DNA of 64,000 nucleotides from Macrostomum lignano (lineage: Eukaryota). Below, piece by piece: positions 1 through 12,305 of the stretch. The notes beneath the pieces are model-generated. The model was given only the letters and a program-made list of their open reading frames with translations. It did not search any database and had not been told where the DNA came from. A program made the translations under genes and the position numbers. Position 1 is the first letter of the stretch, and each line of letters begins with the position of its first letter. The DNA lies in assembly GCA_002269645.1 (NCBI GenBank), contig NIVC01002520.1:101321-165320 (forward strand). Direction: 5' to 3'.

Positions 1-25
1 GACGAGCCTCTACTTATATATGTTA

Positions 26-104
26 CGGTTTGGGAGTCCATAGCGAAGTAATTTGTCCACAGACAGACAGACGGAGTTTTGATTTTTATAGGCCTAGGTA
101 GAGA
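26..104 (-). mobile_element. Truncated 5' end of the non-autonomous Helitron family
   Basis: Matches the 5' terminus of the full copies (GGTTTGGGAGTCCATAGCGAAGTAATTTGTCCAC-(AGAC)n-GAGTTTTGATTTTTATAGG..TAGAGA|T), with a small GGCCTA insertion; the rest of the element is absent. Confidence 0.7.
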
Positions 105-471
105 TTTAGTATTAGGCAGGGACTCCAGTAAGATTTTGAAAGTTATTTTAATTTCTTTAATAAATATCATTTGCCTAAGTAAAAATATACCCTACTTTTG
201 AAAATTGGTCAAGTAATAAAAAAATTACAAAAAAATTGGTATCCTAAAATAGGCTGCTATTATACTATAGGGTCTCCAATCTACACTCTACAGTTGTACT
301 AAGCTTTTGAAAGCTTGAAAGATTTTAGAAGCAAAAAGCAAATTGCATAACATAAATATTAGAAATTTAAGTCATTTGATGCAAAAAGTTTTGCAACTTT
401 TATTATTTGACCAATTTTTAAAGACAAAAGTAAGGTGTCTTTATTTAGGCAATTAAGATTTATCAAAAAAA

Positions 472-3371
472 CAAGCTGTTGAAACCCGCGGATTTTGAAC
501 CCGGGGAACTCTATTTCCCGGAATTATTTTTGCATGTATTCTAAAATCTGAGGTAAAACTTAAACAAAAACTTGTTCCCTTGTTAATAGTAAGGATAGAG
601 TTAAACATAAAGTAGTGCACATTCATGTAAAATTAGGATTTGAGGCAAACATTGATATTGTTGGCTGGGGTGCTGCGCAGAATGTCAGGCAAACTCTGGC
701 CTTTACGTACCTCTGCCTCTCCCTATGTCCTTTGCATCCTTTGAAACTTCCATCTTCTTTTCTGTTTCCTATCTTCTCTCTCGTCTCTTCTTTTTCTCCC
801 CTCTTATCTCTTCTTTCTTCTCTCCTCTCTCGTCTCTTCTCTCGTCTCTTCTCTCATCTCTTCCCTCTCCACTCTATTATTTTCTCTCTCTTCTCTCTTC
901 GCTCTGGTCTCTGGTCTCTCATATCTCCTTTCTCCTGTTTTATCTTTTCTCATTTCTCTCTGCTCTCTACTCTCTCTTCCCTCACCTCTCTTCTCACTCC
1001 TTACTCTACCCTCTCTCAACACTTTCCTTATCTCTACTCTCTCCTTTTTCCTCTCTTCTCTCAACTCTTTCCTCTCCTCTGTCCACTCTCTCCTCTCATC
1101 TCTCTGCTCTCTCCTATCCTATCTCTCTTCTCTCTCTTCTCTCCCCTCTTTCCTCTCCTCCCTCGTCCTTTTCACCAATTTCCCCTGTCCTCTCGATTCT
1201 CTCCCTTCCCCTCCTCTCTCCTCACTCACTTCTCATCTCTCCTCTTTTCTCTCTATTCCCCCATCTCTCGTCTTTTCACTCTCGTTTCTGCTCTCATCTC
1301 CCCTCTCTTATCTGTCATCTTTACTCTCATATGTTCTCTCACCTCTCTCCCCTTGTACTCCTCTCTTTCCCCTTTTTGACTCAGGAGGACTCGATCCTTT
1401 CTTCTTTCTTCTCGTCTCTTCTCTTCTCTCTTCGATACTCTCTCCCTCTCTTGTCTTCTCTCTTCTCTCTCACTCTCCTCTCTCCTCTCTTATATCGTCT
1501 GTTCACTCTCATCTTTGCTCTCTCATTTCCCTCTCTCTTCTGTCATCTCTACTCTCCTCTCTACTGTGTACTCTTCTCTTTCCCCTCTTCTGACTCCTCT
1601 CTTTCCTTACTCCTCTCTTCTCTTCCCTCTTCTATACTCTCTCCCCTCTATTCTCTTTTCTCGTCTCTCCGCACTCTGCTCTCTCTTCCTTCATCTCTCA
1701 TCTCTACTCTACTCTCTCATATTTCCTTTCATCTCACTCATCTCTACAATCTCATCTCTTTCCTCTCTCCTCCTCTTCCCTTTACTCTATCATCTCTCCT
1801 TTGTCCTCTCTTCTTTCTCAACTCTCTCTCTCTCTCATCTCTATCTTCTCTCTTCTCACTCGTCTCTCCCCCTTTTATCTCCTCTCCTCTATCCTTTCTA
1901 ATCCCCCCTCTCGATACTCTCATCTCCTCTTTGTTCTCTCATCTCACTCTTCTCTACTCTCCTCTCTCATCGATCCTCTGTCTCATCTCTCCCCTCTTCT
2001 CACCTTTACTCTTTCCTCTCCCTCCTTTCTCCCCTCCTCTCGCTTCTTCCTCCCTTCTTCTCTGCTCTCTCCTCACCACTTGTCTCTCCTCTTATCTTCC
2101 ATGTTTTCTCTTATCCCCGTCTCTCCTCTCTTCTAATAGTCTATTCCTTCCTTTCCACTCTCATCTGGCCCGCACATAAGCTGGATTCTTTATCTGGCTT
2201 TTGAAGTAAAAGTCTGCCGATCCCTGCTTTGAAAGCCAGTTTGTGGGACGTACTACTCTCATCGTTATTCTCATGCTTTGATCACGTCATCTTTCTTGCC
2301 AATTTGCAGCCCTGAAAGGAATTTGTGTATCTTCAGCTCCACTGCAGTCTGCATCAGTCTAACAACAAATGAAATACGCATTTCTTAGGCCATTTAAATT
2401 TCAAAGTACTTTTAAGAGAAACTTAAAATTTCAATGGTGTGCCTAATTTAGTAGGGTTGTATTTCATTGCATCGCATCGCCTTTTCATAAATCTTTCGCT
2501 TTTACAAACCATGCTGGATTCCCTCGATTTGCCAATTGCCATCCAGTGTTAAACTGCTGCAGAGTTTGCCAATACAGAGGGGAGGGCAGTGGTTAGAATT
2601 TCTCACTAAAATGTTGTGGCTAAACGTAGCCTCTCCACTCTCGAGGTGCAGAGAAGGCTATAAATAAAGTTATTCCAAAACACTGTACATTTGCTATGTA
2701 CATTCAGTCCTATCGCCTGACCCTTCGTCTGGGCTGGGGGAATGAGTGAGTGAGAGGCACAAACAACAGAAAAAGCAGACAAAATTCACATGCTTTCAGT
2801 TTCTGTCCTGATTGAGATACAGAGTTGAGACTTTACATGTAGGCAGAGAATGAGTCAATAAAGAATTGTGTCAAATTTGAAGTCAATCGCTTCACGTGGA
2901 GCAAAACTATGGCAGCCGAAAGTTAGGCATTTTAAAACCTGCTCACACCCTTTGCCCAGATCGGGAAAGAGAGGCAGGCGGGCGGAGGTTGGGGTGGCTG
3001 CCTCGCTGAAAAAAACAGCCTAACTTTAAAAATGCACAGCGGCTTTCAGGATTAACTTTGAGACTTGAAATTTTACACGATTGTGTCAAAATAGTTGAAA
3101 ATTGTCTGTGTCAAATTTGAAGAGAATCGGTAGAAGTGGAGCGGCGCTATGGAGGATTTAGTGAAAAAATCGCGCATTTTGAGCAGTTTTTTGTACTTTT
3201 AGGTAGGAAGACTTGAGTCTAGGAAATTAAAAGGTAGCCTAAGACATTCTCCGTAGTAAGTTTAGGGTGGGTGTAAAGTTTGGTGTAATTTGGTTGAGCG
3301 GTTTGGGAGTCCATAGCGATCAAAATTGTCCACAGACACACACACAGAGTTTTGATTTTTATAGGTAGAGA
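472..3371 (-). mobile_element. Non-autonomous Helitron (Lep1/DINE-like architecture), copy 1
   Basis: On the minus strand it starts TCTCTACCTATAAAAATCAAAACTC-(TG)n and ends with a GC-rich imperfect hairpin (CCCCGGGTTCAAAATCCGCGGG) followed by TTTCAACAGCTTG|T. No TSD. The same termini occur in three copies. No Rep/Hel ORF. Confidence 0.8.
678..2226. mobile_element. hAT/Charlie-like MITE remnant with CT-rich low-complexity body, nested in Helitron copy 1
   Basis: Left end CAGAATGTCAGGCAAACTCTGGCC; right end (minus strand) CAGGGATCGGCAGACTTTT..GCCAGATAAAG..GCGGGCCAGA. Both resemble Charlie-type TIRs (CAGGGGTCGGCAAAC..GGCC). No 8-bp TSD visible. Equivalents at 3572-5088 and 25512-27181. Confidence 0.5.
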
Positions 3372-6240
3372 CAAGCTGTTGAAACCCGCGGATTTTGAAT
3401 CCGGGAACTCCATTCCCCAGAATTATTTTTGCATGTATTCTAAAATCTGAGGTAAAACTCAAACAAAAACTTGTTCCCTTGTTAATAGTTAGGATAGAGT
3501 TAGGATAGAGTTAGGATCATGTAAAATTAGGATTTGAGGCAAACATTGATATTGTTGGCTGGGGTGCTGCGCAGAATGTCAGGCAAACTCTGGCCTCTAC
3601 GTACCTCTGCCTCTCCCTATGTCCTTTGCATCCTTTGAAACTTCCATCTTCTTTTCTGTTTCCTATCTTCTCTCTCGTCTCTTCTCTCTCTCCCTCTTAT
3701 CTTTTCTTTCTTCTCTCCTCTCTCGTCTCTTCTCTCGTCTCTTCCCTCTCCCCTCTATTCTTTTCTCTCTCTTCTCCTCTCTTCGCTCTGGTCTCTGGTC
3801 TCTCATATCTCCTTTCTACTGTTTTATCTTTTCTCATTTCTCTCTGCTCTCTACTCTGTCTTCACTCTGCTCTCTGCTCTCTCTTCCCTCACCTCTCTTC
3901 TCACTCCTTACTCTACCCTCTCTCAGCACTTTCCTTATCTCTACTCTCTCCTTTTTCCTCTCTTCTCTCAACTCTTTCCTCTCCTCTGTCCACTCTCTCC
4001 TCTCATCTCTCTGCTCTCTCCTATCCTATCTCTCTTCTCTCTCTTCTCTCCCCTCTTTCCTCTCCTCCCTCGTCCTTTTCACCAATTTCCCCTGTCCTCT
4101 CGATTCTCTCCCTTCCCCTCCTCTCTCCTCACTCACTTCTCATCTCTCCCTTGTCTACACCTCTCATCCCTTATTTCTTATCTCTCCTCTTCTCTCTACT
4201 CTCCCATCTCTCGTCTGTTCACTCTCGTTTCTGCTCTCTCATCTCCCCTCTCTTATCAGTCATCTTTACTCTCATATGTTCTCTCACCTCTCTCCTCTTG
4301 TACTCCTCTCTTTCCCCTTTTTGACTCAGGAGGACTCGATCCTTTCTTCTTTCTTCTCGTCTCTTCTCTTCTCTCTTCTGTCATCTCTACTCTCCTCTCT
4401 ACTGTGTACTCTTCTCTTTCCCCTCTTCTGACTCCTCTCTTTCCTTACTCCTCTATTCTCTTCCCTCTTCTATACTCTCTCCCCTCTATTCTCTTTTCTC
4501 GTCTCTCCGCACTCTGCTCTCTCTTCCTTCATCTCTCATCTCTACTCTACTCTCTCATATTTCCTTTCATCTCACTTATCTCTACAATCTCATCTCTTTC
4601 CTCTCTCCTCCTCTTCCCTTTACTCTATCATCTCTCCTTTGTCCTCTCTTCTTTCTCAACTCTCTCTCTCATCTCTATCTTCTCTCTTCTCACTCATCTC
4701 TCCCCCTCTTATCTCCTTCCCTCTATCCTTTCGAATCCCCCCTCTCGATACTCTCATCCCCTCTTTGTTCTCTCATCTCACTCTTCTCTACTCTCCTCTC
4801 TCATCGATCCTCTGTCTTATCTCTCCCCTCTTCTCTCTCCATCTTCTCACCTCTACTATTTCCTCTCCCTTCTCTCTCCCCTCCTCTCGCTTCTTCGTCC
4901 CATATTCTCTGCTCTCTCCTCAACCTCCTCGTACGTCTCTCCTGTTATCTTCTATCTTTTCTTTTATCCCCTCTCGCCCCTCCTCCCTTTCAAATAGTCT
5001 ATTCCTTTTCTTTTTCACTCTCATCTGGCCCGTAGCCATGAGTTGGATTCTTTATCTGGCCTTTGAGATAAAAATCTGCCGATCCCTGCTTCGAAAGCCA
5101 GTTTGTGGGACGTAGTACTATCGTGGTTGTTATCATTTCTCATGCTTTAATCACGTCATCTTTCTGGCCAATTAGCAGCCCTGAGAGAAATTTGTATATC
5201 TCCAGCTCCACCACCACAGTCTGCAGCAATCTAACAAAAAACAACCATGGAAATACGCATTTCTTAGGAGGCCATTTAAATTTTAAAGTACCTTATGCGA
5301 ATCTTAATGTTAAAATTTTCATGGTGTAAGTGTAACTAATTTAGTAGGATTGCATTGTAATCAGTTATTCATTAATTTTTCGATATTTTTTACAAACCCC
5401 TTGATTTGCCATCCTTGTTTAACTGCTGCAGACTTGTCTATTCAGAGGACAGTGGTTTGAAATTGAATCTCTCGCTAAACTCTCTCCTCTCCACGCCTCT
5501 CCACTCGCGGGGGTACAGAGAAGGCTATTAAAAAGTTATTCCAAAAGACTGTACATTCGCTATGTACATTGAGCCCTATCGCCTGATCCTTCGTCTGGGG
5601 GAATGAGTTGGATGAGCGGCAAACAACAGAAAAAGCAGACAGATTTCACATGCCTACAGTTTCTGTTCTGATTGAGATACAGAGTTGAGACTTTACAATT
5701 AGACAGAGAATGAGTCAATAAAGTATTGTGTCAAATTTGAAGTCAATTGCTTCACGTGGAGCAAACTTATGGCAGCCAAAAGTTAGTCAATTTTGAAACC
5801 CCTTTTACACATCTGGGCCCAGATCAGGATCGGGAAAGAGAGGCAGGCGGGCGGAGGTTGGGGTGGTTGCTACGCTGAAAAAAACAGCCTAACTTTAAAA
5901 GTGCACAGCGTCGTTCAGGATTAACTTTAAGACTGGAAATTTTACACGATTGTGCCAAAATAGTTAAAGATTATCTGTGTCAAATTTGAAGAGGATCGGT
6001 AGAAGTGGAGCGGCGCTATGGAGGCTTTAGTAAAAAAATCGCGCATTTTGAGCAGTTTTTTGCACTTTTAGGTAGGAAGACTCAAGTTTAGGAAATTTAA
6101 AGGTAGCCTAAGACATTCTCCGTAGTGAGTTTAGGGTGGATGTAAAATTTGGTGTCATTTGGTTGAGCGGTTTGGGAGTCCATAGCGATCAAAATTGTCC
6201 ACACACACACACACAGAGTTTTGATTTTTATAGGTAGAGA
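3372..6240 (-). mobile_element. Non-autonomous Helitron, copy 2 (head-to-tail with copy 1)
   Basis: Same termini. Minus-strand junction with copy 1 reads CAGCTTG|TCTCTAC; outer flank is A|TC at 6241/6240. Confidence 0.8.
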
Positions 6241-6429
6241 TAAGCCTATTTCAAAGGACTTTTGAAATCTCATTAAAGTCCTTACTAATATGTATTAGAC
6301 AGGCCTAGTTTTTTTATCCTTTATCTATGACATTGATAAAACTATTAGCCTAGTATATTGATATATATTAATATATATATATATAGGCCTATATATAGCT
6401 AAAACATACATGCGCAACAGTTGGCCAAG

Positions 6430-6473
6430 TCAGCCAATCTAGCTGACCAATTTGGCTGCCAAACAAGGTAAGT
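6430..6473 (+). promoter_or_regulatory. Possible promoter / 5'UTR exon end upstream of NMNAT
   Basis: Two CCAAT motifs (6434, 6447) followed by a strong donor AAG|GTAAGT at 6468; an acceptor TTTGCAG| at 7922 lies 20 nt before the NMNAT ATG. Confidence 0.3.
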
Positions 6474-7942
6474 TGCAAAAATGCCCAATCGAATAAATAC
6501 CCAAGTAGTAGCCTACTAAGTAGATAATGAGGCATTTTGCCTTAATAAGACAGTCATAGTTACTCCTGCCATTTACCCAAAGTTGCATTTATTTTGCTTT
6601 AGGGTTTGTTTTACATGTAAGTCGCATTTTGGCCAAAAACTATATTGCATTTTTTGTTAAAACTAAGTTGCATGGCTGACCAAATTTTAAAAGTTGCATA
6701 TATATGAGCTAAAATAGGCCTTGGCAATCATGCCTAAAAAAGTAGGTCTAACTAAAATGCATACATAAGATCATAGCATAGTATTTTACCATTTTCCATT
6801 TGCTATATAGTATACAATGCTTTAAATTTAGTTTTCTTTTATTAGCAGATATAATTTAGTATATTTAAAGTTGTTTCCTAACTAATTCACTTTAGATCCA
6901 TTAGCATTATTAGGAAGATAGTATTTTTCATAGAAAAAATGAGTACAAAAATATGTTATTTAATGTGTATTATATGCCAGGGCATTCCAATATAATAACA
7001 GTTAGAAGGAGGGAAATCTGACATACTATAGCATAAAACAAATAATAGTATAATTTGGTACACAACACAAAATTTTAATAAGACAAAATAGTCTATTATA
7101 GTCCTATTTATAGATAGAAAGTTAGTAGTTTGTTGCCAATGTATTAGTGGCTTTTTTAATTAAAATCAGCAATATATTTTCTTTAAAACAGATTCAAATA
7201 TAAGTTTTATTGGTATTTTTCAAACTAAGAAAATACTGATTTGTGCATTTTTGTGTTTTATACAGAAATAGTTCTGGCATAGTATAAGTAAACATATTTG
7301 ATGGGAATAGTTTCAGTGCACAGAGCAAACAAACTTTTTTATAGGATTTGTTCCAATGCAGGAATGCCATGATCTTGACTATAGGGGCAACAAGGCTAGG
7401 CCCCCTAACCTATTAAAAAGATAAAAACAGCATTTTGTCAAAAGTATCCTTAACAAAAGATTAGTAACTAATCATTACATTAATATAGCCTAGGTTAATA
7501 GGCCTTATTGGCATTAGCATTTCTTTAAAAAAATTTAATATTTGCCAGTTCATTATATTATAGATACCATTATACATACCATTGCCAATGAAAACCCACA
7601 TATTAGTTGACACACCCAATAATTGTTCACTAGGCTATCAGTTATTATCAAACAAATTTCTTATTATTTAGTATTTCAGTCTTTTCAAAAATTGTAAATA
7701 TCCTGATTTAAAACTACTATTATTAGTGCTTGTACAACCTGCTAATTACATGTCCATTTATTACCTTTGTTTTGTTTGTTATTTTACATGTTTAATTAGC
7801 TTTATTTTTGTTATTATTACATACATAGGTTTCATAAAAACCAATTTTGCTGCTGACAATGGCTGATATGATTTATAAAGCAAGCATAAACAGTGCCTGT
7901 ATTTTTCATTCTAACTTTGCAGGATAATTGTTAGCAGCAACC

Positions 7943-8626
7943 ATGCGTTACATTGTACTAGTTGCTGGAGGCTCATTCAATCCAGTCACTAATATGCACC
8001 TGCGCATGTTTGAATTAGCCAGGGATGCTTTAATTAAAACTGGCCAATTCAAAGTCCTTGGCGGTATAGTGTCCCCAGTGTCTGACGGATATAACAAGCC
8101 CAGCTTATTGCCTTCTAAGCATCGGATTGAGATGCTCAAACTGGCTCTGGGCAGAGGCGGCTGTAGCGATGGAATTCCTAGCAGTTGGATACGGCTGGGC
8201 ACATGGGAGGCTATTAGATCGCAATGGACTCCAACTAGGAAAGTGTTGGATCATTATCAGCGCAGAATTGATGCAATGCTGGCTGACACTGATGAGGCTC
8301 AGTTGAATGGACCGCCAGATGGAAAGCGGTCAAGAATCGGTGTGTAAAAACCTTCTATCTTTCTAGAAATCGGCAAACTTTCTTTACCTAGCTAATGTAA
8401 CAGAAGATTAGAGATGAGAAAAGAGAAATTTGTTAATTTTATGATTTTTTAGATGAAGAATCTGACGAGCTCGCTTGGTTGCGCAGTCTGGTGGCCAAGC
8501 TGCGAGCCAAGGAGAGCCAACCAGATGTCCGCATCATGCTGCTGTGCGGTGGCGACGTGTTGCAGAGCTTCGCTGTGAAAGGCGTCTGGCAGGAGGAGGA
8601 CGTGAGTTCTGTTGTGTCTGTCTGTC

Positions 8627-8659
<33 letters not shown>

Positions 8660-8729
8660 GTCTGTCTGTCTGTCTGTCTCTGTCTGTCTGTCTGTCTCTC
8701 TGTCTGTCTGTCTCTCTGTCTGTCTGTCC

Positions 8730-8772
<43 letters not shown>

Positions 8773-9593
8773 GTGTCTGTCTGTCTGTCTGTGTCTGTCT
8801 GTCTGTCCTGTCTGTCTATCTGTCTGTCTGTGTCTGTCTGTCTGTCCTGTCTGTCTGTGTCTGTCTCTGTCTGTCTATCTGTCTGTCTGTGTCTGTCTGT
8901 CTGTCTGTCTGTGTCTGTCTGTCTGTCTGTCTATATATCTATCTATCTATCATGCAGATGGTGTCGATCGTGCGCGATTACGGCATGGTGGTGCTGTCTC
9001 GGCCCGGCTCCGATCCGCACAGGTTTGTGCACACCTTTGATCTCATCAATCCTTATGAGGTGAGCGATACACTCTAAGCTATCTATCTGATTTGATGATT
9101 TAGCGATTCTTTCATCCTGTCCCACCCCTATCTATCCTGTCCCACCCCTATCTATCCTGTCCCACCCCTATCTATCCTGTCCCACCCCTATCTATCCTGT
9201 CCCACCCCTATCTATCCTGTCCCACCCCTATCTATCCTGTTCCACCCATATCTATCCTGTCTATCCCCCCTGTGCCTCAACCTTATTTTTGGCAAGATAT
9301 TTACCCAGCGAACGCAAAATTTTGCAGCGCAACATTCGCCTAGTGACCGAGTGGGCAGTGAATGACATCAGCTCAACGCTGATTCGTCGCACTCTGCAAC
9401 GCAACGAAAGTGTTCGTTACATGCTACCCGATCCTGTCATAGATTATATCTATCGCAATGGGCTGTACGGAAGTACCGCCTCTTGGCCTAGGTACGTTGC
9501 TTTCTGTTTTATAATATTGAAATTTAATCACTTAAAGCTTAGTAAGTTTTAGTCTGTTCTTTGCCTTTCAGATTGGAAAACTTTGCCGACTAA
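7943..9593 (+). CDS. NMNAT: Nicotinamide/nicotinate mononucleotide adenylyltransferase, ~277 aa, 5 coding exons
   Basis: Exons 7943-8339, 8453-8601, 8958-9059, 9328-9491 and 9572-9593, all GT-AG and phase-compatible (834 nt). Motifs [57 protein letters not shown] and [13 protein letters not shown] basic patch PPDGKRSR lies in the variable region. Confidence 0.95.
8613..8950 (+). repeat. (CTGT)n microsatellite ending in (CTAT)n, filling NMNAT intron 2
   Basis: Directly visible; lies between the donor at 8602 and the acceptor at 8957. Confidence 0.95.
9115..9262 (+). repeat. 20-bp minisatellite (CCCACCCCTATCTATCCTGT), ~7 copies, NMNAT intron 3
   Basis: Exact 20-bp period visible. Confidence 0.95.
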
Positions 9594-9872
9594 ATATTGT
9601 GTTGTTGCCGATGTTTTGCCTTGTGAATGCCTCACACTAAATAGAGATGTTTTACTGACATAGATGTTACTCAGAATTGAAGCTTTTTACTTTATATTCA
9701 TGTAGTTTATGACTGCTTCTTGACAGGCCTTTGGTCAGTTGATTATTATTAAAAATTAATACTTTGATATTTTTAAGTTCGTCGACTGTTTAAAACTACT
9801 TTTGTTTTCTATTTGCATTTCTTTAGATTCTTTGTTTCTGGTTTTATAGTGCTGCTAACATCTGTGTTGTGT

Positions 9873-10617
9873 CATCTAGTGAGTTGCTACCCTCCTATGT
9901 GTGTCACCTAGTGAGTTGCTACCCTCCTATGTGTGACATCTAGTGAGTTTCTACCCTCCTCTGTGTCATCTAGTGAGTTTCTACTCTCCTCTGTGTGTCA
10001 TCTAGTGAGTTGCTACCCTCCTCTGTGTGTCATATAGTGATTTTGTACCCTCCTCTGTGTCATCTAGTGAGTTTCTACTCTCCTCTGTGTGTCATCTAGT
10101 GAGTTGCTACCCTCCTCTATGTAATCTAGTGAGTTTCTACCCTCCTCTGTGTGTCATCTAGTGAGTTTCTACTCTCCTCTGTGTGTCATCTAGTGAGTTT
10201 CTACCCTCCTCTATGTCATCTAGTGAGTTTCTACCCTCCTCTGTGTCATCTAGTGAGTTGCTACCCTCCTCTATGTAATCTAGTGAGTTTCTACCCTCCT
10301 CTGTGTGTCATCTAGTGAGTTTCTACCCTCCTCTGTGTGTCATCTAGTGAGTTTCTACCCTCCTCTGTGTGACATCTAGTGAGTTTCTACCCTCCTCTGT
10401 GTCATCTAGTGAGTTTCTACCCTCCTCTGTGTGTCATCTAGTGAGTTTCTACTCTCCTCTGTGTGTCATCTAGTGAGTTGCTACCCTCCTCTATGTCATC
10501 TAGTGAGTTTCTACCCTCCTCTGTGTGTCATCTAGTGAGTTGCTACCCTCCTCTGTGTGTCATCTAGTGAGTTGCTACCCTCCTCTGTGTGTCATCTAGT
10601 GAGTTTCTACCCTCCTG
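9873..10617. repeat. 30/32-bp minisatellite (CATCTAGTGAGTTTCTACCCTCCTCTGTGTGT), >20 copies
   Basis: Tandem units differing by GT dinucleotide number and T/G variants. Confidence 0.95.
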
Positions 10618-11009
10618 AAATGAGTTTCAATTTTGCTTTGCAATGAAAGTTTTTGCTTAATACCATGACTTTACTTTTGTATTTGTTAATTCTTACATCT
10701 TTGACCTGTTGTCTTTTAGAGACTTAGTCTAGCTAAAAGTGCAACTCTTGCCTTCTAAGCACCCAAATTTCAAAATTAGGGCGTTAACTGTAAGTTTCAT
10801 ATTTTGCCAAGCGTTCTGGTGTGCAATTTAATAATAAAATAAGTTGTTTTTGTTCTATCACCAATATATTAGCAGATGAGCTTTTCTGAAATACATTCTT
10901 TTAAGCACAGCCATACTAGGCATGCATAAGAAGAGAGCGTTGCTATTGTCTTTTTCCAATACTTACTTAATCAACTTACTAATACGTATTCCCAATGCCT
11001 GTTTTAATT

Positions 11010-11392
11010 CCTCACTCAAATCCCCACTCAAATCCCTACTCAAATCCCACACTATTTTAAATCCCCACTCAAATCCCACACTATTTCAAATCCCCACTCA
11101 AATTCCACACTATTTTAAATCCCCACTCAAATGCCCACTCAAATCCCAATTTTTTTTCAAATCCCCACTCAAATCCCACACTATTTTAAATCCCCACTCA
11201 AATACCACACTATTTTAAATCCCCACTCAAATGCCTACTCAAATCCCAATTTTTTTTTCAAATCCCCACTCAAATCATACACTATTTTAAATCCCCACTC
11301 AAATGCCTACTCAAATTCCATTTTTTTTTCAAATCTCTACTTAAATCCCACAGCATTTCGAATCCCCACTCAACTCCCACAGCATTTCAAAT
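11010..11392. repeat. Compound tandem repeat built on AAATCCCCACTC / AAATCCCACACTATTTT
   Basis: Directly visible; abuts the MTCH-like ORF. Confidence 0.9.
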
Positions 11393-11441
11393 CGTGACCC
11401 TGCAAAAAGCCAATCGCCAGCTGTTCCTCCAAAGCCGATCC

Positions 11442-12305
11442 ATGGTGGTGCTACTCCGGTTAATTCAACGCTGCAGCGGCGGCGGCAGCAGCGGCGGTCG
11501 CAGCGGCGACACGGACGCCGACACAGATTTATACGGCCCGGCGGAGGCTGTCCTTTTTGCCATTGGCCAGCCGTTTCGCGTGTTGCAGACTCTGGCATTG
11601 GCTTCTGGGGGAGATTTTTCTGTTGCGGTGTCCTCAGCTCGCCCCGCCTTGTCTGCCCTGGTGCTGACCGGCCTGCCTGTGGGTCTCCTCTGCGACTGCC
11701 TGCTCACAGCCGGCCTGCAGCTCTCCTTGCAGCGGCCGCCCATTCCTACGCGATCTGCTTCGAGAAACCAGCAGCAGCAGCAGCAACAGCAGCAGCAATC
11801 GTTCTTCTCTTTGAACACGGCTCGTCTTCTAGGCTTCAATGCCTACGCCTGTTTGGTGACTCAACCGCTGCGGGTGCTGCAGCTGCGCCAGCTGCTCAGC
11901 CTGACCGCCGGCTCCGCCTCGGTGTCCGTCCTAACCGCCGCTCGCGCCGTCTACGCCGAGAACGGCTGGCGCGGCTTCTTTGCCGGCTTTGCCGGTCGGG
12001 CGCTTCGGCACTGCTCCCTGGTGCTGGCCTTCCTGGCGGCTGCCCGCCTGCGGCGCTGGCTGCTGGCGCGTCGCGCCGTGGCGCCGCCGAAGCCGCTGGC
12101 TGGCGCGCCTAGTAGAGTGGTTTTTCCTTCGGCGGTGTACTGCCTGGCTGGCCAGCTGCTGCACCCGCTGGCGGCCTGGGAGGTGGCCACAGTGGCCGCG
12201 GCGGCGGCCGCCGCTGTACCTTCTGCCGTGTCGCTGTTCCCCCTGTCGTATTCTTGCGCCCCGATGCAATCGGCTGTGCGTATTTTAGCCGAGATGAGGC
12301 GCTAG
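11442..12305 (+). CDS. Divergent mitochondrial-carrier-fold protein, MTCH-like (SLC25 family), single exon, ~287 aa
   Basis: Three carrier-type proline kinks (GQPFRVLQ, TQPLRVLQ, LHPLAAWE) and AVYAENGWRGFFAGFAGRAL, which parallels MTCH IYREEGILGFFAGLVPRLL. The frame is open from 11394 (GTG); first ATG is 11442. Confidence 0.65.
   Translation: MVVLLRLIQRCSGGGSSGGRSGDTDADTDLYGPAEAVLFAIGQPFRVLQTLALASGGDFSVAVSSARPALSALVLTGLPVGLLCDCLLTAGLQLSLQRPPIPTRSASRNQQQQQQQQQQSFFSLNTARLLGFNAYACLVTQPLRVLQLRQLLSLTAGSASVSVLTAARAVYAENGWRGFFAGFAGRALRHCSLVLAFLAAARLRRWLLARRAVAPPKPLAGAPSRVVFPSAVYCLAGQLLHPLAAWEVATVAAAAAAAVPSAVSLFPLSYSCAPMQSAVRILAEMRR

Noticed and set aside
615-5115. Long Ser/Leu/Phe/Pro-rich ORFs (up to 484 aa), also at 25474-27131
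   Set aside because: Translations of CT-only low-complexity DNA inside Helitrons; stop codons are absent for compositional reasons and there is no domain signal.
11442-12305. Mitochondrial NAD+ carrier (SLC25A51-like) clustered with NMNAT as an NAD module
   Set aside because: The sequence resembles MTCH (GFFAG motif, lost charge network) rather than SLC25A51, so a functional link to NAD is unsupported.
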